This document shows, piece after piece, positions 1-9,286 of a stretch of DNA of 64,000 bases. The stretch's first letter is position 1; every line of letters begins with the position of its first letter. This DNA comes from an uncultured Nitrososphaerota archaeon. GTDB taxonomy: Archaea > Thermoproteota > EX4484-205 > JAAOZP01. The notes below the pieces were generated by a model. It saw only the letters and a program-made list of their open reading frames with translations, was not told where the DNA came from and made no database searches. Both the position numbers and the translations under genes were made by a program. Location of the stretch: NCBI GenBank assembly GCA_964416155.1, contig CAYQCW010000002.1, forward strand, positions 76,748 through 140,747. The letters are read 5' to 3'.

Positions 1-537
1 GTTCAAGCCGACTTCACGAAGATGGATTTGAAGGGTAATGTCTACACTGGAAACATCCCATACCATGTTTCAACCCCAGTAATATTCAGGATTCTGGAGC
101 AGAATTATGAGAAGACTGTGATCACCGTGCAGAAGGAGGTTGCTGAGAGAATCGTCTCGAAACCGGGCACCAGGGAATACGGTAGGCTAACAGTCTCGGT
201 TAACACTAGGGCGGAGCCCCATGTATTAGGCTTTTTCCCATCCTCCTCGTTCTACCCTAGGCCTAAGGTTGCTCACGCAGTTCTCTACATTAAGCCTTCA
301 GTAAGAAACGTGGACACGAGTATTCTGGAAGACCTGCTTAGAGCAATGTTCAGCCAGAGGAACAGGCTTGCGAGAACAGTCTTGAGGAACAGTCTTGAAC
401 GGTTGTACGGGGAAAAGGGGAAAAGTGCCTACAACAGCATTTTCCATCTTGTTCCAGAAGGCAGCAGGGTTTTCGAGCTTACTGTTCAGGATTTTCTCAA
501 CCTCGCCCAGGCTGTTTCAAACAATATTGGTGCTTAA
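1..537 (+). CDS. rsmA: 16S rRNA adenine dimethyltransferase RsmA/KsgA/Dim1 (5'-truncated by window edge)
   Basis: GNIPYHVSTP motif IV, TVQKEVAERI, YGRLTV, FYPRPKV and FSQRNR are typical of KsgA; frame is open from position 1. Confidence 0.93.
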   Translation, partial: VQADFTKMDLKGNVYTGNIPYHVSTPVIFRILEQNYEKTVITVQKEVAERIVSKPGTREYGRLTVSVNTRAEPHVLGFFPSSSFYPRPKVAHAVLYIKPSVRNVDTSILEDLLRAMFSQRNRLARTVLRNSLERLYGEKGKSAYNSIFHLVPEGSRVFELTVQDFLNLAQAVSNNIGA

Positions 538-564
538 GTGTGCCGGCGACAAGGATTCTTCGGA

Positions 565-3500
565 ATGCGGGTTTCGAAAAAAGCTTGGATAATCCTGCTT
601 CCAACTTTAACCATACTCGTGCCCCGATGCCTAATTCAGGTGGAAGCCCAGCCGAACAGCATACCGTCATCCTACTCGTGGAGCGGCTTAAGGACGGATA
701 CCGTGCAAATAAGCTATTCATTCAGCAAGAGCCTGTATTATGGCGGGACAGACTATCTTCATATTAAGGCGAGCGGGCCGGGAGTATACAGCGACACGAA
801 AACAACCACAGCAATAATCACTGTGCCTGAGGAAAGCGAGGCAAGCATCTATGTTTGCGGAGACGACCGTAACCCTGTTCCAGACGGCTGGACCGTCCAG
901 GAGAAGTATCTCAGGGTTTACGTCGATGGGGTTAAGGTTTACGAGCTTGGAAAGGAATACTGGTGGGCACGCTGCTACTCTAAGGCTGCGAAGCTTAACC
1001 CGGGGACTCATACTGTTGAGCTTAAAATAGGCATTACCGTGAAGGTGTTTTCAAACATCTATGAGGAACGCTCAATAGCCTACGCAGCCGTGGATATTAA
1101 GACTGAGGGCGCGGGGAAGGTGGAGGCTGAGTCCCACCGGGCTGAAGCTGCCCTCAACGGGGAGGCGACCCATGTTTTCACCTTCAGGCTTCCATGGGCT
1201 TTAGGCGTTGGAAGCGTCAGCTGGAAAGCCGTTTGGAACGGTGTTGAGAAAACCGGCTGCGGGCCCCCGGGAAGCGTTCAGCAAGCGTTGTTCACAGGGG
1301 TGAACAGGGACCCATGGGTCTTCGCAAGCCCGGTTGTAGTGAGAATAGGAGGCTTGACGCCAAGTGTTAAACCGCTTGAAGGATACTGGGTGGACGCTGT
1401 CTACTCTGAGGGAACTGTGCAGGCGGGGGTGGGAAGGGTTGCTGTCGCGGTTAGCAACGGGAACGAGATTGGGTTCACCTCTGGGGAATACCTTGTGACG
1501 AGCATAGAGTACCTGGGATTAAACATGACCGGGTGCACCTTTGTTGAAGGCTTAGACGCGTGGGCAAACAGCGGCTCTAGTGTCCACTGGTCTCAGAAAA
1601 TAGGGTTTTACAGTGCTGGCGGATGGGTTGTGGAGGAGGCTGCCCGCGGGGTTGAAACTGGATTCTGCGTCTTGAAGAAGCTTGGCGGAGGAGTCTTTTC
1701 GAGAAGAGTTGTTTTCTCATCCAGGAACAGAACCGACGAGTTGACGCTTACAGTCAGCCTACCACAGATAAGCCTGCGCTTCGACTCGATGAGAATAGAG
1801 CCCCTTGGACCTACTGATCTAGGTTTACGCATGCTCGGCGAGACTGTTGAGCTCATGGTTAAGGCTTACGACTGTCTTGGAGAGTATTCTAAGATAGATG
1901 TCTACAGGGTTTCAGAGTCCAGCCCCGGCGTAAGGAAATACTCTTTCAGCCCTCCCAGAGGGGTTTACAGGAGTATAACCTCTACGGCCGGTGGGAACGC
2001 GACCTTCACAGTCACATGGTCATCCTACAAGCTTACTGTAAAGAGTGTTTCCGGTGGGGTTCTCAGGGGCGGGGTTTATTGGGCTAGGAGCGGCTCCACC
2101 GTGAGCATCACTGTTTCAGCATATCTCTCCCATGACGGTAGCCCGGCGGCTGGAATCAGGATAAGGGATTCTCGGGGCAACGAGGCTTTAACCGGGCTGA
2201 ACGGGGAGGCGGGGTTCTCGTACGTTGAGAAAGACTGTGAAGCCTTCTTAACCTTCGTCGCGGTCGACGAGAAAGGGGCCGGGTTGAGCGGGGAGGCTTG
2301 CGTAAGAATAGTTTTCACGCGGATCAGGCTTGAGGTTTCAAGCGTAGACGCCGCTTTCTTCGAAGGATCCTACTATGCTTGCAACAATGTTTCATCAAGC
2401 TTTTCAGTTAAGGCGGTCTATTCTCACAGCCTTACGCCGGTCTCCGGCGTGCCGGTGGAGTTTAAACCTTCAGGCTCATCTACTCTAACAGGGGTTGACG
2501 GTGCTGCTACGCTAAGGTTAACCGGTAGAGATATTGCTTACGAGGAAGTGTTGAAGGTGAGCGACGGGTTCATAGAGGGGGAATCCAGCCTTAGGGTTGT
2601 CTTCACAAGAATACTGCTGGAAGCTTCTAGAACAGTAGTCGGCGGCAGACCTGGGGAGGAGGTTGAGGTAACTGTTTCAGCAAGACTCTCGTTCAACAGC
2701 ATGCTGCTGAAGGGTCTTGAAGTAAGATGGGTTGAGACCGGGCTCGTCGGGAAGAGCCCAGCGTCATTCAGGCTGAGAATACCTGAGAAAGGTTTTTCCA
2801 GAGCTTCCTTCGATGCCTTCGGGTTCCTGCCTTGTGTTGAGCCGTGCACCGTAACCCTGGTTCCCAACCGGGTTAGGCTCGGCAACCCTAATAACACTTG
2901 GCCCACGGTCCTCGTGAACAATATTCTTCTGGAAAACTATTCCTGCAGCGTTATGCTGAACATAATGGATCTTCTAAACATCACGGTGCCCAGAGTGGTG
3001 TGGCAGGGCAATGGGAGCTCCGCCCGTGGAATTAGAATCGGAGTTGTGTCTTCAAACGGGACGGTTGTGAGGAGCAGTATTGTTTCCAGCAACGGTGTCA
3101 GCTTCAACTGGACCGAGTCCAAGCCTGGCGTTTACCGTTACTGTGTTAAGGTGCTTGAAGAAAATGTTTACAGCGACGTGCTTATCGTCGAGGCGGTTTT
3201 CACAGCCTTCAACATAACCTCAGACTATATTTTGGACTTGAATGGAACCAGGATTTTTTGCGCCACGGCACGCTGGGCTCACAATGGTTCTCCCGTAAGA
3301 AGCCTACCAGTCTACACAAGCATCTCTAGGAAGAGGGCTCTGTCAGACGATGCCGGTAGGATAACGCTGGCTTTAAACGACTCGGATTACAACGCTTCCT
3401 GCGTTGAGAAGATAGTGGTTTTCAAACGGGACCCGCATCCATCCAGAATATGGAGGACAGTCGGGGACTGCAGCGTCAGGATTGTTAAGCTCGACTGGAG

Positions 3501-4116
3501 CAGCCTGGTTTTAAAAGGCGACCAGTACGGGTTTGAAGCCTTTCTAAGCCTGGAGGCTGATGCAGGCATTGTCGGCCTACCTATGTGGATTAGGGTTGAA
3601 GGATACCCTCCGGAAACATCTTGCTCGATAAGGGTTCTTCAAGTTAAGAGTGACAACTCGAGCATGACGGTTTTCCTAAGCCCTTCCGGAGGATTCTTCT
3701 TCAGCGAGAGGCTTGCGCTTAGAATAGACTACGCTGAATACGATGGCAAGAGGATTAGGGTCAGGATCAGGTCTCTCGCTAAGCATCTGATTGTTAGGAG
3801 TGTCAGGGTTAAGGTGGTGGATACGGGTTTTGAGAAAACCCTTGGAGACCTTGAGCCCGGCTCATGTCTGGAAGCATTCGTAGAGCTCCCAGGCGGGCAG
3901 GGTTTAAACCCAGTCATACTTGCAGCATACTCTGAGAACACTGTTCCCCACGTGGTTAGAGTTTGGAGCAGTCAAGGGATTGACCTGTTTCCACTGATAT
4001 CCGTAACCCCGCTGCTGGCTGCTCTCGCCCTAAGAATTAGGCACAGGAGGAGAGGCTTTAAGGAGAGCGGGAAGGAAACAGGAAAAAGTGGTGTAGACCA
4101 GGATCCTCAGGGTTAA
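565..4116 (+). CDS. large secreted, C-terminally anchored surface protein with repeated Ig-like (Big/invasin-like) beta domains
   Basis: N-terminal signal (MRVSKKAWIILL), beta-rich body, repeats of the type A(Y/W)(S/A)HxGxPxxG...TxxxG, C-terminal hydrophobic segment followed by RIRHRRR; ORF track starts at 538. Confidence 0.7.
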   Translation: MRVSKKAWIILLPTLTILVPRCLIQVEAQPNSIPSSYSWSGLRTDTVQISYSFSKSLYYGGTDYLHIKASGPGVYSDTKTTTAIITVPEESEASIYVCGDDRNPVPDGWTVQEKYLRVYVDGVKVYELGKEYWWARCYSKAAKLNPGTHTVELKIGITVKVFSNIYEERSIAYAAVDIKTEGAGKVEAESHRAEAALNGEATHVFTFRLPWALGVGSVSWKAVWNGVEKTGCGPPGSVQQALFTGVNRDPWVFASPVVVRIGGLTPSVKPLEGYWVDAVYSEGTVQAGVGRVAVAVSNGNEIGFTSGEYLVTSIEYLGLNMTGCTFVEGLDAWANSGSSVHWSQKIGFYSAGGWVVEEAARGVETGFCVLKKLGGGVFSRRVVFSSRNRTDELTLTVSLPQISLRFDSMRIEPLGPTDLGLRMLGETVELMVKAYDCLGEYSKIDVYRVSESSPGVRKYSFSPPRGVYRSITSTAGGNATFTVTWSSYKLTVKSVSGGVLRGGVYWARSGSTVSITVSAYLSHDGSPAAGIRIRDSRGNEALTGLNGEAGFSYVEKDCEAFLTFVAVDEKGAGLSGEACVRIVFTRIRLEVSSVDAAFFEGSYYACNNVSSSFSVKAVYSHSLTPVSGVPVEFKPSGSSTLTGVDGAATLRLTGRDIAYEEVLKVSDGFIEGESSLRVVFTRILLEASRTVVGGRPGEEVEVTVSARLSFNSMLLKGLEVRWVETGLVGKSPASFRLRIPEKGFSRASFDAFGFLPCVEPCTVTLVPNRVRLGNPNNTWPTVLVNNILLENYSCSVMLNIMDLLNITVPRVVWQGNGSSARGIRIGVVSSNGTVVRSSIVSSNGVSFNWTESKPGVYRYCVKVLEENVYSDVLIVEAVFTAFNITSDYILDLNGTRIFCATARWAHNGSPVRSLPVYTSISRKRALSDDAGRITLALNDSDYNASCVEKIVVFKRDPHPSRIWRTVGDCSVRIVKLDWSSLVLKGDQYGFEAFLSLEADAGIVGLPMWIRVEGYPPETSCSIRVLQVKSDNSSMTVFLSPSGGFFFSERLALRIDYAEYDGKRIRVRIRSLAKHLIVRSVRVKVVDTGFEKTLGDLEPGSCLEAFVELPGGQGLNPVILAAYSENTVPHVVRVWSSQGIDLFPLISVTPLLAALALRIRHRRRGFKESGKETGKSGVDQDPQG

Positions 4117-4149
4117 ACACGGTGCTAACGCTTTTAAGCGTTAGCCGGA

Positions 4150-6117
4150 ATGAGGATGCAGAAGTCTTTGCATCAGACGGTTGAGAAATGGGCTAGGAAA
4201 TACTTTCCCTATTCAGAGTTCAGGGAACACCAGCTTGAAGCAATAGAGTTCATCTTCCGTGTCCTCACCACGGGGAGAATAGGGCTCCTATCATCCCCCT
4301 GCGGAACCGGGAAATCTGTTTCAGTTTTAACAGCCTACTTGATGGCTAGGGAGGTTGAGGAGGTTGGGAAACTCTTCATACTGACTAGGACGAGGAACGA
4401 GCTTGAAATATACGCTAGGGAGCTTAGAATGATTGCTGAAAAAACCGGGGCAATCCTTAGGGCAACGCTGATGGTGAGCAGGCAGGAGATGTGTCCCCTA
4501 GCCAGGGGGAGGCTGGAGGTTGGAAGAATGGATTACCGGAGCTTCCTAACGTATTGCAGCAGGCTTAAGAAGAAGGCTTCAGGATCATCATGCGCCTTCT
4601 ACGCTAAGGTTTTCAGGGACTGGAGGCCCTCCATGGAGGCAATAGTCTTCCTGCAGGAGGCCGGTGTCAAGCGTGTTTTAATGCCGGACGAGCTGTACGA
4701 CGAGGCTTCTTCCCGCGGAATGTGCCCGTATGAGCTAATCAGGCTTGCGGCTGCGGAATCAGACGTCATAATAGGCAACTACAACCATTTCCTGATTGAC
4801 GAGGCGAGGAGAAGCATATTCGCCAGGGGGAGGATGCAGATGAGCAGTGTGAACATTGTTTTCGACGAGGCTCACTCGCTCCCCTCCGCTGCCTCAGGTC
4901 TACTCTCAGACGAGGTTTCCACGAGAACCGTTTCAAGAGCCTGGAAAGAGGCTGTCGAGTACGGGTTTGAAGAAAAAAGTTTCATAAGGCTTTTCAAAAC
5001 GTTCATGGAGAGGCTTGGTAGGAAAGCTGTGAAGCAGGTGGGCATAGGGGAGAACCATGTTTTAGAAGGAGACGAGGCTTCACTGCTCAGTGCCCTTAGC
5101 CTCCCCGGGGGGAAGGTGCTTGAAACCCTCCGGAAAATGCTGGAGGAATCCGAGAGGATAGTTTCGGTGAAAATGGACTGCGGAAAGCCTCCTGTCTCAC
5201 TCCTCGGGAGGATCGCCGAGTTTGTTCAAAAATGGGTCTCCGAGGATTCTGAGGACACTGTGAGATACGTTAGGGTTGAGAAGGATGCTGGCGGCAGGAG
5301 GATAGTGAGGCTGGGAGTATGCTCGCTGGATGTTTCAAGGGCGACTCGAAGCCTGAACAGGGTTAGGTCAGCCGTTTTAATGTCTGGAACACTATGGGAT
5401 TTCGATTACTATAAGGATGTTCTAGGCTTGGATGAGCACAGGGTGGCGACGCTCTCCCTCCCCTCGCCGTTTAAAAGGGAGAACAAGCGGATACTCGTGG
5501 ACAAGGCTGTGACAACCAAGTACGAGCTTAGGGAGGGGATGATAGGAAGGATAGCTGAGAGGCTTCAAAGAATAGTTGAATCCGTAGACGGGAGGGTAGC
5601 CGTATACTTCCCGTCTTACGAGCTGATGGAGAAGGTTTCGGAGAGAATCGTGATAAGCCGCCCGATAATGATGGAGGATTTGAAGACCAAGGTTAGGGAT
5701 GTGCTCAGGTTCCTCAGGGAGAACGGCAAGTGTGTGGCAGTAGGTGTTGCGAGGGGCAAGATAAGCGAGGGCGTGGACCTTACGAGCGAAGGCTCCTCCC
5801 TCCTCTCGGCGGTTGTGATAGTCGGCCTCCCCTACCCTAAGAGGAGCGAGATGCAGGAGGCCCTTTTAAAATACTATGAGAAAAAGTTCGGCGAAAAAGC
5901 TTTTGAATACGCGGGCACCACCCCATGCATAGTCGCCTTAGCCCAGATGGCTGGCAGGCTGATAAGGAGCCAGCAGGACAGGGGAGTCATAGTAATAATG
6001 GACAGCAGGGTATACGGAAGGGTGAGGGATAAGCTTCCCCCGGATTGGAGGGAAGACATGCGGGCCCATTTGAAAATCGAAAACCTTGCGAGGGAGATAA
6101 GCAGTTTCCTCTCGTGA
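4150..6117 (+). CDS. xpd: XPD/Rad3/DinG-family Fe-S DNA helicase
   Basis: Q motif FREHQ, Walker A SPCGTGKS, four Cys of the Fe-S domain, DEAH, SGT, SEGVD, GLPYP and QMAGRLIRS. Confidence 0.93.
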   Translation: MRMQKSLHQTVEKWARKYFPYSEFREHQLEAIEFIFRVLTTGRIGLLSSPCGTGKSVSVLTAYLMAREVEEVGKLFILTRTRNELEIYARELRMIAEKTGAILRATLMVSRQEMCPLARGRLEVGRMDYRSFLTYCSRLKKKASGSSCAFYAKVFRDWRPSMEAIVFLQEAGVKRVLMPDELYDEASSRGMCPYELIRLAAAESDVIIGNYNHFLIDEARRSIFARGRMQMSSVNIVFDEAHSLPSAASGLLSDEVSTRTVSRAWKEAVEYGFEEKSFIRLFKTFMERLGRKAVKQVGIGENHVLEGDEASLLSALSLPGGKVLETLRKMLEESERIVSVKMDCGKPPVSLLGRIAEFVQKWVSEDSEDTVRYVRVEKDAGGRRIVRLGVCSLDVSRATRSLNRVRSAVLMSGTLWDFDYYKDVLGLDEHRVATLSLPSPFKRENKRILVDKAVTTKYELREGMIGRIAERLQRIVESVDGRVAVYFPSYELMEKVSERIVISRPIMMEDLKTKVRDVLRFLRENGKCVAVGVARGKISEGVDLTSEGSSLLSAVVIVGLPYPKRSEMQEALLKYYEKKFGEKAFEYAGTTPCIVALAQMAGRLIRSQQDRGVIVIMDSRVYGRVRDKLPPDWREDMRAHLKIENLAREISSFLS

Positions 6118-6144
6118 GAAAGCCTTATATCTCCTTTGAGAAGC

Positions 6145-6663
6145 ATGGTTTCCGGCTTGAACACGCGAGGCGAGGAGCAAGAATACGGTGTGAAGGTTAG
6201 GAGGAGAGACGTTGAGGTGGAGGTCTGGGGCAGCAGGGAGTTTGTGGAGACTACTTTCGAGAGGCTTAGGAGCGAGTTTCTCCAGGAGAGGATTGAGGCT
6301 GCGAGAACAATTGAACCCCAGCCGTCGCCACAGGGCGTAACCTTCACAGAGTTTCTCGCCGAGGAGGCTAAGAGGATTGAGAGGGAGCCGGATATGCTGA
6401 AGGGCTATGAGAAAATACTGTTGATTGGCTACTACCTGTACATGGTTGAGAAAAGAGATTTTACTTACGAGGATGTTGAGAAGCTTAAGGAGGAGGCTAG
6501 GCTAAGCGGGCTTGAAAACCCCAGGCAGTATATGAGTATACTGATCAAGAGGGGTCTTGTGAGCGAAACAGGCGTCGAGGCTGGCAAGAAGGTTTTCAAA
6601 ATGCTTCGGAGAGGCCTCCAGTATGTTGAGAACGGCTTCAGAGAAGTAGAGGCTCAGGTTTAA
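6145..6663 (+). CDS. hypothetical protein, probable C-terminal winged-helix domain
   Basis: N-terminal VKVRRRDVEVEVWGS hairpin, linker, and a C-terminal ILIKRGLV...FKMLRRG wHTH-like pattern; follows xpd by ~27 bp. Confidence 0.55.
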   Translation: MVSGLNTRGEEQEYGVKVRRRDVEVEVWGSREFVETTFERLRSEFLQERIEAARTIEPQPSPQGVTFTEFLAEEAKRIEREPDMLKGYEKILLIGYYLYMVEKRDFTYEDVEKLKEEARLSGLENPRQYMSILIKRGLVSETGVEAGKKVFKMLRRGLQYVENGFREVEAQV

Positions 6664-6859
6664 AACAGGGTTTTCCTGAAACCCGAATCTTTTTAGGAGG
6701 GCTTGCAAAAAGACCCTCAGATCGAGTAAAACAGCACATGCTAATAATAGTCTTCCATGCTTCGTTGAACGAAAGACGGAGTATTATCCATGGAAAAGGT
6801 TACGCTGCAATCTTTTTAACCCTCACCCCCAATATTCAGAAACAGGGAGGGTGGGAGGC

Positions 6860-7390
6860 GTGAGCTTTATAATAGAATGTGAAAAACCTCGTAAAGATAT
6901 TCAAGGACGCCCCTCCGGTAACGGCCCTGGACAATGTTAACCTTAAGGTTCCTAAAGGCAGCATATACGGGCTCTTCGGCCCGAATGGAGCTGGGAAATC
7001 CACACTAATATCTATATTGATGGATTTAACTTTGCCAACAAAAGGAAGTGGCAAGGTTTTAGGTTTCGATGTGCTTCGCGAGTCCTTAGAGATCAGGATG
7101 AGGATAGGTCTGCTTCCAGAGGGATTTGGCTTCTATGACAACATGACTGCTTTGGAGAACCTAAAGTACTTTGGCCTATTGGACGGGGTTCCTGCAGAAA
7201 GAATAAAGCAGAAGGCGGTTGAAGCTTTAGAGAAAGAAGGTTTAAGCGATATGGCTAACAGTAAAGTATCCGCGTTCTCGAGAGGGATGAAGCAGAGGCT
7301 TGGGATAGCACAGGCCCTTACGAAGGACCCTGAGGTGCCTATATTTGACGAGCCGACTGTAGGAATAGACCCTGATGGAGTCAGAGTTCA
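6860..7390 (+). pseudogene. truncated ABC-2 type ATP-binding subunit
   Basis: GPNGAGKST, FSRGMKQR and IFDEPTVGID are present but there is no H-loop; the RBS-preceded GTG at 6860 is out of frame with the body (ORF 6879..7481). Confidence 0.75.
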
Positions 7391-7394
7391 GAAG

Positions 7395-7796
7395 CGCGCG
7401 CTAAACCTGTATTACCAATGCCTGTTCTACACATTTACGGAGAGCGAAATAATTGTTGAGAAAGGTCTGGTGGAAGAATAATAGTGCCTTACAACCGCAT
7501 AACTAACGTCGACATCAGGCAGGGACCCGTTTCAAGGAGCCTGGGCCTATGGGAGCTTCGTTCAAACAGCCGGATATCATGTTGCTACTGGAGGCAGCTA
7601 CAGGGTTGCGGAAGCCGTTCTCCAAGGCATTAGGAACGTTTAAGAGGTGAAGAGCTACATACTTGAAATGGTTAGGACGCTTAAGCCGATGGCTGTTGAA
7701 GCAGGCTTCGAAACTGCTACTTATCCTAAGGAACCATAGCAACAAATACTTGAAGAGCTTAGAAGAATAAGGGAGATCCTTGAGAGAAAGGGTTAA
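7395..7796 (+). pseudogene. bacterial-type PH domain (YdbS/bPH_2-like) membrane protein remnant
   Basis: Across frames reads YTFTESEIIVEKG / IVPYNRITNVDIRQGPVSRSLGL / VQTAG...QILEELRRIREILE, with frameshifts and in-frame stops; 5' end missing. Confidence 0.7.
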
Positions 7797-7820
7797 CAAT
7801 CCTCGCTTTAATCCTGACAC

Positions 7821-8321
7821 ATGAGTAGGATAAGCGAGATAATCTTCCCAAGGCCAACTGGCCTAGTGATTACCTGCGACTCGCAAGGTAAGCCCAACAT
7901 AGCTGCCTTCTCGTTCATAATGCCTGTAAGCTTTGAGCCTAAGTATGTTGCGTTCTCCGTCTCGCCTAGGAGGAAGACCTGGGAAAACCTGAGGGAGGTT
8001 GGTGAATTCGTACTAGCCATTCCTTCGAGAGAAATGATCGAGCTGGTGTGGGCCTGCGGCACGAGATCCGGAAGGGAGGTCGACAAGTTCGCCCTCCTAG
8101 GGTTGGGGATTGAGATGGCTGATGCTGTTAAGCCACCTGTTTTGAGAAACATGCCTGTCCAGCTGGAGTGCAGAGTGGAACTGTTCAAGGAGTTCGGAGA
8201 CCACTGGCTGGTTGTCGGAAAAGTCTTAAAGGAGCATGTTGGAAAACTCGACTTCCAGCCGGTCTTACACTATTCTAAGAACGTTTTCGCAACGGTTTCG
8301 GAGAGAATAATCGCCGAGTGA
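7821..8321 (+). CDS. flavin reductase-like family protein
   Basis: PRPTGLV, PNIAAFS, CGTRSGREVDKF, LECRV and GDHWLVVGKV motifs. Confidence 0.9.
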   Translation: MSRISEIIFPRPTGLVITCDSQGKPNIAAFSFIMPVSFEPKYVAFSVSPRRKTWENLREVGEFVLAIPSREMIELVWACGTRSGREVDKFALLGLGIEMADAVKPPVLRNMPVQLECRVELFKEFGDHWLVVGKVLKEHVGKLDFQPVLHYSKNVFATVSERIIAE

Positions 8322-8375
8322 ACTTCTACGGGAAACTATTTAAACACATGGCCAGCCGGTTGGAAGGCATTAGTA

Positions 8376-9191
8376 ATGACGGACAACGCTTTCAAAAACA
8401 CGGTTCAACAGTTTAACTTGGAAAGACTCCTAGTGTGCGCGTTTTCCGGTTTCTTAATCGGCTTAGCATCAGGACTCCTAGGCGTGGGGGGAGGAGAGTT
8501 CAGAATACCCATCCTGCTCTACCTGCTGCAACTGCCAGTTTTGCTTTCAATAGTTACAAACCTGTTCATCGGGCTTCTAACAGTCTCCGTCTCTTTCACC
8601 GTTAGGTACCAGGCTGGCTTAATCACGACCAGCACGATCAACATGGGGCTCCTCATGTCTTCCAGTTCAATCTTAGGCGGGTATATTGGTGCACACCTCT
8701 CTGGAAAGATAAACGAAAGCCTATTGAGAAAGTTTCTAATATTGCTGTTGATCGCAGCAGGGTTAAGGATGATTTTAGACCCGCTGGTCGAGTGGGGGCC
8801 GTTAAGCGTTCCACTTCCACAACCGATGGAAACCCTCTTATCCATACTGGTTGGGCTTCTAATCGGGGTTGTTTCAGGACTGCTCGGAGTCGCCGGAGGA
8901 GAGTACAGGATCCCGGCTCTCATCTGTCTTTTCGGCCTACCGGTTAAAATAGCAGGCACAGTAAGCCTGCTGGTTTCCATTCCAACCATATTAGCTGGTT
9001 TCATAAAGCATTGGCACATAGGCCACTTGAACAAATACGGTTTCAGCGTTGGATTAGCCATGGGCCTCGCTTCAGTCTTAGGCTCATATATTGGAGCCAG
9101 TTTCGTAGCCACGGCCAGTGAAAACCTTCTAAAGATGTTACTGGGCGTCGTGCTGCTGCTAGCTACAGTTAGAATGGTCACTAAACCCTGA
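8376..9191 (+). CDS. TauE/SafE-family sulfite exporter (DUF81)
   Basis: Duplicated GLLGV(G/A)GGE(F/Y)RIP motif, ~8 TM segments. Confidence 0.9.
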   Translation: MTDNAFKNTVQQFNLERLLVCAFSGFLIGLASGLLGVGGGEFRIPILLYLLQLPVLLSIVTNLFIGLLTVSVSFTVRYQAGLITTSTINMGLLMSSSSILGGYIGAHLSGKINESLLRKFLILLLIAAGLRMILDPLVEWGPLSVPLPQPMETLLSILVGLLIGVVSGLLGVAGGEYRIPALICLFGLPVKIAGTVSLLVSIPTILAGFIKHWHIGHLNKYGFSVGLAMGLASVLGSYIGASFVATASENLLKMLLGVVLLLATVRMVTKP

Positions 9192-9272
9192 CATTCCCAC
9201 GGCTAAAGCCAGCGGGATTCCCAGTTCCTCGCACGCCTCAAAGGACATGAGCTTTCTCGCCGAATACGGTAA
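9189..9272 (-). mobile_element. IS200/IS605-derived non-autonomous miniature element (ends only)
   Basis: Minus strand reads TTAC-CGTATTCGGCGAGAAAGCTCATGTCCTTTGAGGCGTG...GGAATCCCGCTGGCTTTAGCCGTGGGAATGTCA, i.e. left-end-like and right-end-like subterminal hairpins with no ORF. Confidence 0.55.
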
Positions 9273-9286
9273 AATGAATTTTTAAA

